Below are positions 1 through 8,887 of a stretch of 64,000 bases of DNA, in pieces. Position 1 is the stretch's first letter. Each line of letters opens with the position of its first letter. Source of the stretch: a virus (Duplodnaviria > Caudoviricetes); the IMG/VR virus record IMGVR_UViG_2924943408_000006, positions 5,480 through 69,479 of that record; one strand, written 5' to 3'. The notes under the pieces are model-generated. The model did no database searches. It saw nothing but the letters and a program-made list of their open reading frames with translations, and had not been told where the DNA came from. The translations under genes and the position numbers were made by a program.

Positions 1-2
1 TT

Positions 3-293
3 GCTGATGGGTTTCTCAGGGACGGCAGCGATATTGCACTTGACCATTTTGTCCAGCGCCACACCAGCCAGAAAAATGGCGGCAAGGGTGTTTCCAGCCT
101 TGAGTGGCTACGCGGAGATTTGGAGCTGAACTTCCTTGAAGGCCTGAAGCAATGGCATATCCGGGCAATGAAAAAAACGTTGGTCGAGCATAATGCCCCA
201 CTGCCTGTTTACCCTGATACCGGTGAAGTCGTCCGTGACTATGATGTGTTTTGCGCAGCCTACGCTGAAGCGGCAAAGAGGTGGAACAAATGA
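3..293 (+). CDS. gemA: GemA/gp16-like regulatory protein, 3' part (5' truncated by window)
   Basis: Open frame from base 3 (ADGFLRDGSDIALDHFVQR...SSLEWL...LEGLKQWHIR) ending in TGA overlapping the next ATG; position before Mor/C as in Mu. Confidence 0.7.
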   Translation, partial: ADGFLRDGSDIALDHFVQRHTSQKNGGKGVSSLEWLRGDLELNFLEGLKQWHIRAMKKTLVEHNAPLPVYPDTGEVVRDYDVFCAAYAEAAKRWNK

Positions 294-682
294 ATGACGA
301 CCTGTTTGATGATATTCAGGACGACAGCATCCTTGACCATCTGGATGATGGAACGGAAAATTCACGCTTTCCCTCACTGCTGTCAGAATTGAATGCGTTA
401 TTGAGAAAAGAGCTTGAGAGGCTGGGTTACGATCCACAACATTCAATTGAACTTGTCGTCGCAATCAGCAGTAAAATCGGTGGGATGCAGGTCTATTTTC
501 CTCGTGGTCAGGTGCTTGAACAACTTGTCAGAGATATGCGGATCTGGCGTGATTTTAAGGGTGACAACGTAGCGGAACTGGTTGAGCGCTACCACGTCAC
601 CTACAAAACGGTGTATAAAGCGATTAAAAGAATGCGAAGACTTGAAATGAATAAGCGGCAATTTTCTTTGGACATGGAGTAA
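290..682 (+). CDS. Mor/C family transcription activator
   Basis: GGMQVYFPRG...RDMRIWRDFKGDNVAELVERYHVTYKTVYKAI is the Mor/C signature with HTH; ATGA coupling to gemA. Confidence 0.9.
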   Translation: MNDDLFDDIQDDSILDHLDDGTENSRFPSLLSELNALLRKELERLGYDPQHSIELVVAISSKIGGMQVYFPRGQVLEQLVRDMRIWRDFKGDNVAELVERYHVTYKTVYKAIKRMRRLEMNKRQFSLDME

Positions 683-686
683 TGTT

Positions 687-1010
687 ATGGGTGGCGTGAT
701 TCTTGTAAATTTAGTGTTGGTTGTTTGTGCTTTTTGGGTTTTCGTTGATGCGGCCAACAACAAAATTGGTGTGCATACTATTACTGAAGGTGTCAGCAAA
801 GGATATAAGAGTGGCATATCACCAGTAGTCTGGGGGGTTGGTAGCCTTTTCATCCTGCCATTTATTATTTATATGGCGCGTCGGAAATCATTAATTGAAA
901 GAGCTAAGTCCAACCCTGTTGATACAGATAAAAACACTGGTTTTATCATTCTCTTCTTAATTTTGGCTGGACTGATAATGTTTACATACAGAGATGTTTT
1001 ATTCAGTTAA
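687..1010 (+). CDS. AT-rich small membrane protein (3 predicted TM), moron-like
   Basis: Three hydrophobic segments, lower GC than flanks. Confidence 0.7.
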   Translation: MGGVILVNLVLVVCAFWVFVDAANNKIGVHTITEGVSKGYKSGISPVVWGVGSLFILPFIIYMARRKSLIERAKSNPVDTDKNTGFIILFLILAGLIMFTYRDVLFS

Positions 1011-1025
1011 GTCATCCATATCCAA

Positions 1026-1068
1026 TGAAGCCGGTAAATCCGGCTTTTTTTATGCCTAGCACAATAAT
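1026..1068 (+). promoter_or_regulatory. Putative C-activated late promoter (Plys-like); dyad may also act as terminator
   Basis: TGAAGCCGGTAAATCCGGCTTTT identical to 8816-8838, followed by -10-like AATAAT, upstream of lysin. Confidence 0.6.
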
Positions 1069-1109
1069 GGGTTGAAATTACATTAACCCATTTCATTGTA
1101 GGTGCAGGC

Positions 1110-1691
1110 ATGACAACAGGCACATCTTCCCCCTCATTTCTTCACGCGCTCTCCTTTATCCTCGCCAAAGAAGGCGGCTACGTTAATGACTCCACCGATA
1201 AAGGTGGTGAAACCAACTTCGGTATTTCTGATAAGCGCGATGGCCTTGCCGATGGCAAAACCGACGTTGATGGCGACGGCAAACCCGATACCCCAATTAA
1301 AGATTTAACCTCAGAGCAGGCCGGAGAAATTTACTACCGCGATTACTGGTCACCTGCTTATTGCAGCGACTGGCCGGATGGTATTTCTCTCATTGTGTTT
1401 GATGCGGCTGTTCAGCATGGCGTCAAAAAAGCACTGACGTTATTACAGGATGCTGCGGGTGTTAAACCTGATGGCATTGTGGGACCCAAAACCACAGCGG
1501 CTGTTATTGGTGCCGACCCCGAATGGCTTCTCACACGTTACCTTCTTCGTCGCTCCCGTTATTACGCCGACATTATCAAATCAAATTCCACTCAGGGTAA
1601 GTACCTCAACGGCTGGTTTAATCGCCTCGATAGCGTGGCTGATGCCTGCTGGGAGGTTGTTGGCGGCTCTGCATCTGTAACCCGGAGCTGA
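1110..1691 (+). CDS. Endolysin, glycoside hydrolase family 108 with peptidoglycan-binding domain
   Basis: EGGYVND..DKGGETNFGI motif, DGIVGPKT, C-terminal GWFNR. Confidence 0.9.
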   Translation: MTTGTSSPSFLHALSFILAKEGGYVNDSTDKGGETNFGISDKRDGLADGKTDVDGDGKPDTPIKDLTSEQAGEIYYRDYWSPAYCSDWPDGISLIVFDAAVQHGVKKALTLLQDAAGVKPDGIVGPKTTAAVIGADPEWLLTRYLLRRSRYYADIIKSNSTQGKYLNGWFNRLDSVADACWEVVGGSASVTRS

Positions 1692-1693
1692 TC

Positions 1694-1912
1694 ATGGGAA
1701 AAGGTTGGGATGGCTCTTTGCGTTTTGGTCGTCGTGATCGCATCAAAAAAGAAGTGCTGCACCGCGTTGACGGCGGGCCTCCGCCCGTTCCTGTCGACTA
1801 CACCGGCTGCGATGGTACTCACGCGAGCTTCTATCGCAAAGGCTGGGATTCTGTCGATATCAGAGACATTGTCTGGCAATGCCAGCGTTATAAGGAAAAA
1901 TATCGTGTTTAA
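1694..1912 (+). CDS. Small phage protein in lysis cassette
   Basis: 72 aa ORF tightly packed between lysin and membrane gene. Confidence 0.6.
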   Translation: MGKGWDGSLRFGRRDRIKKEVLHRVDGGPPPVPVDYTGCDGTHASFYRKGWDSVDIRDIVWQCQRYKEKYRV

Positions 1913-2312
1913 ATCGTTTAATACTGAGCAGCTGAAACTGGCATTGTGCAAAACTTATCAGTCAGGATGGACCCTCGTTGTGATGGTTGTCCTTTCTCTC
2001 TGGCTTTGCAGTTTTTATGGGCGTAACGCTTTTATTGTCTGGTGGATGCCACTGTCTGGCATCGTGCTCATTGGTGCCAGTATTTTCCTGGGTAATCTGC
2101 CTTACCGACTTATTCAGCCCGCTATGTACATCAGTAAATTTGCCTGTTTATGGTCATGGTTAATCTGGGTTGCGGGCGCGATACTTCTCGCACTGGCTCC
2201 CGTGTTTTCCCATGGACTTTTCTTCATCTGGCTTGACCCTCTCGGTGCGCTGATCGGAGTGATGTTCTGCTGCTGGGTATCACGTAAGGGCTTACTCAAA
2301 TGGATCCGATAA
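1905..2312 (+). CDS. Multi-pass membrane protein, holin candidate
   Basis: GTG start overlapping previous stop, about 4 hydrophobic segments, lysis cassette position. Confidence 0.6.
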   Translation: MFKSFNTEQLKLALCKTYQSGWTLVVMVVLSLWLCSFYGRNAFIVWWMPLSGIVLIGASIFLGNLPYRLIQPAMYISKFACLWSWLIWVAGAILLALAPVFSHGLFFIWLDPLGALIGVMFCCWVSRKGLLKWIR

Positions 2313-2905
2313 CCCTATCTACTATTGCCTCCGTTCTGCTCAAGGCTGGCCCTTCAGTCATGCGTACGGTGGGTAGCTGGTTCGGTGGTGATACTGCGAA
2401 AACTGCCGATTCTGTTGCCGGGATTGTTGAGTCGGTCAATGGCGCGATTAATCCCCAGGACCAGCAGCGCGTGCTGGAACAGAAGCTGGCACAGCTTCCA
2501 CCTGAGCAGTTCGTGCAGCTCGAATCCCTCAAAGTACAGCTTGAGCAATACCAGCTTGAACGTGACAAATCGCTGCTGGCTGACCAGCAGGCGGCGCATC
2601 ACGAACAGCAGGAAACTATCCGTAACGGCGATAACGCCACCGACGAATATGTCCGGCAGACCCGGCCTCGCATGGCACGTTTATCTCTCTATAGCAGCAT
2701 TGCCTATGTGATGTTGATGTCCGTTGGCCAGCAAGCTGGTGCTGTTGCCGGTGCGTATGGCCACGCGTTTTCAATGCCCGCACCCGACTGGGATATTGCC
2801 CTGATGCTGGCCTCTCCGGCGCTGGGTTATCTGGGGTTCAGAACGCTGGACGGCTTTGCCCGCTTCAGTAAATCCAGCAAACACAAGGTGATGATGCCCA
2901 AATGA
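2300..2905 (+). CDS. Membrane/coiled-coil lysis-region protein (holin-like C-terminus)
   Basis: Gln-rich coiled coil, then RP motif, two TM segments and GYLGFRTLD tail typical of 3TM-holin-like proteins. Confidence 0.6.
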   Translation: MDPITLSTIASVLLKAGPSVMRTVGSWFGGDTAKTADSVAGIVESVNGAINPQDQQRVLEQKLAQLPPEQFVQLESLKVQLEQYQLERDKSLLADQQAAHHEQQETIRNGDNATDEYVRQTRPRMARLSLYSSIAYVMLMSVGQQAGAVAGAYGHAFSMPAPDWDIALMLASPALGYLGFRTLDGFARFSKSSKHKVMMPK

Positions 2906-3132
2906 CGGATGTTCTTGACCAGGCCAGCGACCTTGAAAATGAAGAGCGTGAACGTGTCTTAAAAAGCCATTTAAACCGGATTAAAGAACAACCCGACAAC
3001 GTTGGTTTTTGTAATGACTGCGGCAATGACATACCGCTTCCCCGCCTGAAAGCGCAGCCGGATGCGGTGACCTGCCACACCTGTCAGAGCATCAGAGAAC
3101 AAAGGGGGAAGCGTGGACTGGGAAGTCGTTAA
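2902..3132 (+). CDS. TraR/DksA-type C4 zinc finger protein
   Basis: DVLDQASDLE...CNDCGNDIPLPRL...CHTCQ. Confidence 0.85.
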   Translation: MTDVLDQASDLENEERERVLKSHLNRIKEQPDNVGFCNDCGNDIPLPRLKAQPDAVTCHTCQSIREQRGKRGLGSR

Positions 3133-3415
3133 GGGGAGCTGGGCCATCATCTGGGCATTGTTTATGTCAGGCGTGAATCTTATCCAGCTACTGCTGGCCA
3201 AGACCTACGTCAAACGTGAAGAGCTGGAGCTGGTGCGTAACCGGCTTCAGGGGCTGGAGAACACCATTGCGGTACTTCCCAGCCAGAAAGACCTGCACCA
3301 GTTGCAGCTTGAAATGAGCAATCTGCGCGGCGAACTGCGCGAGCTGGCACCGTCCATCAGGCAGGTGTCACGCATCAGTGACCTACTTCTCGAAAACGAA
3401 TTAAAGGATAAATGA
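3113..3415 (+). CDS. Mu gp25-like (DUF2730) protein
   Basis: N-terminal TM plus coiled coil with LPSQKDLHQL; synteny. Confidence 0.7.
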   Translation: MDWEVVKGSWAIIWALFMSGVNLIQLLLAKTYVKREELELVRNRLQGLENTIAVLPSQKDLHQLQLEMSNLRGELRELAPSIRQVSRISDLLLENELKDK

Positions 3416-3419
3416 GGGA

Positions 3420-3713
3420 ATGACCATGCGTGAAATTCTCGACAGTGACCAGCGTCTGGTCATTTTGCGATCCCTTCTGGATTGCGGCGACAGTGCCAAC
3501 GAATCCATTTTGCAGACCTGCCTGCAAACCTATGGGCATAAAGTTTCTCGTGATGTGGTGCGTACCCATCTGTCTTGGTTGCGCGAGCAGGGGCTGGTGA
3601 GTCTGAGCGATGTATCGGGGTGCTATGTCGCTGAAATTAGTGGGCGCGGTGATGATGTGGCCAACGGTCTGACCACGGTGCCGGGTGTTAAGAAACCACG
3701 AGCGAGAGGGTAA
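3420..3713 (+). CDS. Mu gp26-like winged-helix protein
   Basis: QRLVILRSL...SRDVVRTHLSWLREQGLV...RGDDVANG...PGVKKP. Confidence 0.8.
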   Translation: MTMREILDSDQRLVILRSLLDCGDSANESILQTCLQTYGHKVSRDVVRTHLSWLREQGLVSLSDVSGCYVAEISGRGDDVANGLTTVPGVKKPRARG

Positions 3714-3716
3714 ATA

Positions 3717-3992
3717 ATGAAGAAAAAAAAGCCTCTGTCTTCTGCTGAACGTGAAGTGATTCGTAAGTTGGCCACCGTCCTGGTCTGTGCTGACCTTGAA
3801 GCCAATATGATCGCAAAGTTCTATGAAGAAAAATTAGGTAAGCCTTATGACCGTGACGCACCAGACAGTTATCTGAACGGCTTTCTCTCCAGTGACCCTG
3901 AATATAAACGGCTCTGGATGTTGTTGCAGAAAGACCTGGTGACCTGCCGACGTGAAATGGCCGAGGGTCTGAGGAGAGAACGTGACAGCTGA
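3717..3992 (+). CDS. Hypothetical protein inserted before terminase small subunit
   Basis: 91 aa ORF with RBS (GAGG), overlapping terS start. Confidence 0.6.
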   Translation: MKKKKPLSSAEREVIRKLATVLVCADLEANMIAKFYEEKLGKPYDRDAPDSYLNGFLSSDPEYKRLWMLLQKDLVTCRREMAEGLRRERDS

Positions 3993-4563
3993 ACAACGTC
4001 CGACCCGTGGCCGTCCGTCGAAGATTGACCTGTTGCCCGACTCTGTCCGCGACCAGCTCCATCAGATGCTGCGTGACAAGCGTCATACCCAGGAGGAAAT
4101 CCGCGAAGCCATTAATGAGCTTATCAACAGTCACAACCTGCCTGGTGATATGAAACTCAGTCGCACCGGCCTTAATCGCTACGCCAGTCGCATGGAAGAG
4201 TTCGGTTCTAAAATCCGTGCCTCCCGTGAAATGGCGGAAATCTGGGCGGCAAAACTGGGCTCTGCACCTACCTCAGACGTGGGCAAGCTGTTGATGGAGT
4301 TTGTCAAAACACTGGCGTTTGAAACCTCAATGTCGATGGCCGAAAGTGATGATCCTGTTGAACCTAAAGCGTTGGGGCAACTGGCTCTGGTCGCCCAGCG
4401 ACTTGAAGCAGCAGCGATGGCCAGCCATAAACGCGAGAAAGAAATCCGCCTGGCTTTTGCCCAAGAAGTTGCCGCGCAGACCGAAACCATCACCAAACAG
4501 GCTGGGTTATCAGCGGAAACCGCTGCTGATATTCGTCGCCAGATTCTGGGAATTGCCGGATGA
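3982..4563 (+). CDS. Terminase small subunit (Mu gp27/DUF3486)
   Basis: RGRPSKIDLLP...LSRTGLNRY...IRRQILGI. Confidence 0.9.
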   Translation: MTAEQRPTRGRPSKIDLLPDSVRDQLHQMLRDKRHTQEEIREAINELINSHNLPGDMKLSRTGLNRYASRMEEFGSKIRASREMAEIWAAKLGSAPTSDVGKLLMEFVKTLAFETSMSMAESDDPVEPKALGQLALVAQRLEAAAMASHKREKEIRLAFAQEVAAQTETITKQAGLSAETAADIRRQILGIAG

Positions 4564-6158
4564 GTCACACTTCGCCAGCACAGGAAAAATTACGTAATCA
4601 GTCCGCTTCAGCGATCCTCTCCGGTGCGTTCGATGCCGACCAGGTGCTGCTGCCTTATCAGCGCCGGTGGATTGCCGATACGTCACAGCTGAAAATCGCA
4701 GAGAAATCCCGCCGTACAGGTCTTACATGGGCGGAAGCGGCTGATGCGGCACTGAATGGTTCGATGACTGCCAGTGCCGGTGGTTGCGATACGTTCTATG
4801 TCGGCACGACCAAAGACATGGCGCGAGAATTTATTGATGCCTGTGCTATGTGGGCGAAGGCTTACGGGCTGGCGGCATCAGATACAGGCGAAGAAGTGCT
4901 CCAGGATGAAGACAAAGATATCCTGGTGTATGTCATCAACTTCGCCAGTGGTTTTAAAATCAAGGCGCTGTCGTCCAATCCCTCCAACCTGCGCGGTATG
5001 CAGGGCAATGTCATTATTGATGAAGCCGGTTTCCAGAAAGACCTTGCTGCTGTGCTCAAAGCCGCACTGGCATTGACCATGTGGGGTTCAAAGGTCCGTC
5101 TCATCTCCACCCATAACGGCAATGAAAACCTGTTCAATACACTTATTCAGGACAGCCGTGCAGGGAAAAAGCGCTATTCCATCCACAGTATTGATATCGA
5201 TGTTGCCTGCGCTGAAGGACTCTATAAGCGTATCTGCCAGGTCACCAAAAAAGCCTGGTCAAAAGATGCTGAAGATGAATGGAAAGACAACCTGCTGAAG
5301 GATACCGCCACACCTGAAGATGCGCAGGAGGAGTATTACTGTATTCCGAAGAACGGCGGCGGCACTTACCTGCCGCGTTCCATTCGTGAGCGGGCAGCCC
5401 GAGGTCATGGCCCGGTGATCCGCTTTCAGGGTACGGCTGAGTTTAACGCACTTCCTGAAGGTCTCCGCGCACTGGAAATGCAGGAATGGCTTGAGCAATA
5501 TGTCCTGCCTGAGCTGAACAAACTTCCGCAAAACCTGCGCCATTGTCTGGGTGAAGACTTTGCCCGTAACGGCGACCTGACGGTATTTGCCCCCATCACC
5601 GTCAATGATGACACCACGCGTGAAGTACCGTTTCTGGTTGAAATGGGTAATGTCCCCTTCAAGCAGCAGGAGCAGGCCCTCTTCTATATATGTGACAGGC
5701 TTCCAAACCGCGACGGCATCAAACTCGATGGGCGTGGTAATGGTCAGTATCTGTCGGAACAGGCGGCTTATCGCTATGGTTCTGAGGTCGAGCAGGTGCA
5801 GCTTTCTGTTCCGCACTACCGCGAAAACATGCCGCGCTTCAAGGCTGCGTTTGAAGATGATGAGCTGATATTGCCTAAGCACGAAGACGTCATTAATGAC
5901 CTTGGAGCCATTCAGATACTGCGCGGTGTGCCGGGGATTGATGATGCCAGAACGGCAGGAAGTGATGGCCGTAAGCGTCATGGTGACGCAGCGATTGCTA
6001 TTTTTCTTGGCTTTCTTGCCAGTCGGGAAGACTGTCGCCGCTATGAACTTCACCGTCTGACCAGACCCGCCGATACCCGCCACAACCCTGATTCGGGTGA
6101 TGACCGCCGTCAGGTTCATCTGACCCGTGGCCTCAAGAACCAGCGAGGATTACTCTGA
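4560..6158 (+). CDS. Terminase large subunit (Mu gp28)
   Basis: LLPYQ, EKSRRTGLTW Walker A, VIIDEA Walker B, HGDAAIA nuclease end. Confidence 0.95.
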   Translation: MSHTSPAQEKLRNQSASAILSGAFDADQVLLPYQRRWIADTSQLKIAEKSRRTGLTWAEAADAALNGSMTASAGGCDTFYVGTTKDMAREFIDACAMWAKAYGLAASDTGEEVLQDEDKDILVYVINFASGFKIKALSSNPSNLRGMQGNVIIDEAGFQKDLAAVLKAALALTMWGSKVRLISTHNGNENLFNTLIQDSRAGKKRYSIHSIDIDVACAEGLYKRICQVTKKAWSKDAEDEWKDNLLKDTATPEDAQEEYYCIPKNGGGTYLPRSIRERAARGHGPVIRFQGTAEFNALPEGLRALEMQEWLEQYVLPELNKLPQNLRHCLGEDFARNGDLTVFAPITVNDDTTREVPFLVEMGNVPFKQQEQALFYICDRLPNRDGIKLDGRGNGQYLSEQAAYRYGSEVEQVQLSVPHYRENMPRFKAAFEDDELILPKHEDVINDLGAIQILRGVPGIDDARTAGSDGRKRHGDAAIAIFLGFLASREDCRRYELHRLTRPADTRHNPDSGDDRRQVHLTRGLKNQRGLL

Positions 6159-7735
6159 TGTTAAAACAAATTTCCGGCGCTATTCGCCGTCTGCTGCACC
6201 CGTCAACAGGTGAACCGGTCACCATTAAAGATAATGATATTACTGAGCCTGAAGCGCGTGGTCGCACTATGAGTGTGCGGCGACCTTCACCAGGCATCAG
6301 TATTGCCAGTACACTTTCCCCGGGCAGTCTCGCCGGGGTTTTACGTAATGCCATTGAGGGCAATGCCCGTGATTACTTCATCCTTGCTGAGGAAATGGAA
6401 GAACGTGACCTGCATTACTCCAGCGTACTGCGTACCCGTAAGCTGACCGTTGCCGGTATTGTTCCGACGGTAGTGGCCGCAAGCGATGAAGATAACGATA
6501 TGCAGCTGGCTGACGCAGTGCGTGATCTTCTCGAACAACCACAGGTGCCGGAGCTGTTGTTTGACCTTCTTGATGGTCTGGGGAAAGGTGTTGGTGTCTG
6601 CGAAATTTTGTGGAATACCCGCGATGCACTCTGGAAACCCCGTGATTATGAGTGGGTTGATCCACGTTTCCTCAAAACTGACCGGGAGACCCTACGTGAA
6701 TTCAGACTCATTACTGACAGCAACCCTATCGATGGTGAGCCGCTGAGTTCCGGGAAATATATTATTCACCAGCCTCGCCTGAAGTCTGGTCTACCGCTGC
6801 GTAACGGTCTGGCCCGACTGGTGGCGGTGATGTATATGCTCAAGTCGTTTACTGTGCGTGACTGGTGGGCTTTCGGTGAGAAGTTTGGCCTGCCTCTGGT
6901 GGTGGGTAAATACCATAATCAGGCAAGCCCTGAGCAAATCCGCACCCTCATTGATGCGATCAGTTCTTTGGCTTCTGATTCTGGTTGTGCCATCCCCGAC
7001 AGCATGAAGCTCGATATGGTGGAGACAGCCAGTCGTAATGGTGGTGGAGCACTGTTTAAAGAGATGGCCGAATGGTGTGATGCCCAGACCAGTAAGGCGG
7101 TGCTGGGTCAGACCATGACCACTGATAACGGTAGTTCCCGCGCACAGGCCGATGTTCATGATCGGGTGCGCATGGACATTGCCCGCTGGGATGCCCGCCA
7201 GTTAGAAAACACCCTGAATGAATTTCTTGTGCGCCCGTTCATCGAGTTCAACTTTGGCCCACAGGAAAACTATCCCCGCGTCAAGATGCTCATCAGCGAG
7301 CCGGAAGACCTGAAGGCGTTTGTCGATGCACTTATCCCGTTGGTTGACCGTGGAATGAAAGTGCAGGAATCCGAGGTTCGCGATAAGTTTGGCCTGGCCG
7401 AACCTGAAGCCGGTGCATCCGTACTGGCTCCGACAAACAGCTTTGCCGTATCGGGTTCATTACCGGCACTGAACCGCGAGCAACTGGCCCTCAACCGCTC
7501 ACAGGATGATGAGATTGACGCGCTGGTTGCCGAAGGGCTGAAGGACTGGGAGAAATCAGGTGATGCCTTTACCAGTCCCGTGCTGCAACTGGCCAATGAA
7601 GTTGACAGCTTTGAGGAGTTTCTGGCCCGCTTGCCTGAGCTGCAAAAAACACTTGAACCTGATGACTTCGCCGAGCAGCTGGCGATGTTGAGTTTTAAAG
7701 CCCGTGCGCTGGGGGATGCGAAAGATGCGGTCTAA
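6158..7735 (+). CDS. Portal protein (Mu gp29/DUF935)
   Basis: FGEKFGLPLVVGKY, SKAVLGQTMTT, AQADVHDRVR; follows terL. Confidence 0.95.
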   Translation: MLKQISGAIRRLLHPSTGEPVTIKDNDITEPEARGRTMSVRRPSPGISIASTLSPGSLAGVLRNAIEGNARDYFILAEEMEERDLHYSSVLRTRKLTVAGIVPTVVAASDEDNDMQLADAVRDLLEQPQVPELLFDLLDGLGKGVGVCEILWNTRDALWKPRDYEWVDPRFLKTDRETLREFRLITDSNPIDGEPLSSGKYIIHQPRLKSGLPLRNGLARLVAVMYMLKSFTVRDWWAFGEKFGLPLVVGKYHNQASPEQIRTLIDAISSLASDSGCAIPDSMKLDMVETASRNGGGALFKEMAEWCDAQTSKAVLGQTMTTDNGSSRAQADVHDRVRMDIARWDARQLENTLNEFLVRPFIEFNFGPQENYPRVKMLISEPEDLKAFVDALIPLVDRGMKVQESEVRDKFGLAEPEAGASVLAPTNSFAVSGSLPALNREQLALNRSQDDEIDALVAEGLKDWEKSGDAFTSPVLQLANEVDSFEEFLARLPELQKTLEPDDFAEQLAMLSFKARALGDAKDAV

Positions 7736-7839
7736 ATTAGTCAGGCGTCATCGTCTCGATTTTCATCGACCTTCTTACTGGCCAGTGAATTTCCATTCGT
7801 ACTTTGCTCAGGTTCACGGCTGGTATTATGGGAGGAAGT

Positions 7840-8679
7840 ATGGCTGAACCTACAATTATCCCTAAAGAGGCACTCGCCTGGCTGAAGTCCAAAAAGCTGA
7901 AACCGGGATTTGATTTCCGTGATATCTGGCGCGAAGAGCAAAGTGTCAGTTTCACCGTGGCGAAGATGACCCAGCTTGACCTGCTTCAGGACGTGAAGTC
8001 ACTACTCGAAGAAGCGCTTGCCGACGGTCAGACCTTCATCCAGTTCCGCGAGACGCTCAAGCCATTACTTGTAAAGCGCGGTTGGTGGGGAGTCCAGATG
8101 ATGGATGACCCGCTGACGGGTGAATCTCGCCAGGTACAGCTTGGCAGTGACCGTCGGCTTCGGACTATCTACGATACCAATATGCGCACAGCCCGCAGCG
8201 CGGGCCAGTGGGAACGTATCGAGCGCACCAAACGAGCCATGCCTTATCTGCTCTATACGCTGGGTCCCTCTCGCGAGCATCGCGTTGAGCACCTGAAGTG
8301 GGCTGACCTTTGCCTGCCGGTTGATGATCCATTCTGGCAGACACATTTCTTTCCGAACGGTTGGGGTTGCAAATGCGGTGCGCGTCAGGTCAGCAAGTAT
8401 GAGTATGAGCAGTTGCTTAAAAACGGCGTCACACGCAACGTGCCGCAGCTTGATGACAACGGCAACCCAACGGGTCAGGTCACTCGCGAAAGTGTACCCG
8501 TGCGGACACAGGCACCTGCCACTAAGCGGACAAAATGGCTGAACAAACGCACAGGTGAAGAAGAGATGGTGCCTGAAGGTATTGACCCCGGCTGGGATTA
8601 CAATCCGGGTACAGGTCGCCAGGCAGAGCTTGAACGTCAGTTACGCGTTAAACAACAGGCATTTGACGGTGATAGCTAA
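7840..8679 (+). CDS. Head morphogenesis protein (Mu gp30/F)
   Basis: RRLRTIYDTN, FWQTHFFPNGWGCKC, IDPGWDYNPG; RBS GGAGG. Confidence 0.9.
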   Translation: MAEPTIIPKEALAWLKSKKLKPGFDFRDIWREEQSVSFTVAKMTQLDLLQDVKSLLEEALADGQTFIQFRETLKPLLVKRGWWGVQMMDDPLTGESRQVQLGSDRRLRTIYDTNMRTARSAGQWERIERTKRAMPYLLYTLGPSREHRVEHLKWADLCLPVDDPFWQTHFFPNGWGCKCGARQVSKYEYEQLLKNGVTRNVPQLDDNGNPTGQVTRESVPVRTQAPATKRTKWLNKRTGEEEMVPEGIDPGWDYNPGTGRQAELERQLRVKQQAFDGDS

Positions 8680-8815
8680 CCGAAGCGGGAACGCGTCTGA
8701 AACACGCATGAAGACACGGTTAAACTTTATGATACGATGACGCGAGAAAAAATCTTTAAACGCACCACGGCGTTTTTAAACGTGGTTTAAACGGGGTTCC
8801 CCGCCTCGCTTACAG

Positions 8816-8857
8816 TGAAGCCGGTAAATCCGGCTTTTATTTTGCCTTCCGCATACT
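8816..8857 (+). promoter_or_regulatory. Putative C-activated late promoter (PI-like)
   Basis: 23-bp dyad identical to 1026-1048 then CATACT, upstream of protease I. Confidence 0.6.
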
Positions 8858-8887
8858 GTCCGTAACTTCTTTTCGACGGACAGACGC

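Noticed and set aside
5259-6119. 286-aa antisense ORF in terL (and similar shadows at 14064-14777, 58652-59419)
   Set aside because: Antisense shadows of well-supported genes, no motifs or RBS
7736-7839. 100-bp spacer between portal and gp30 as a gene or ncRNA
   Set aside because: No convincing start, RBS or structure visible
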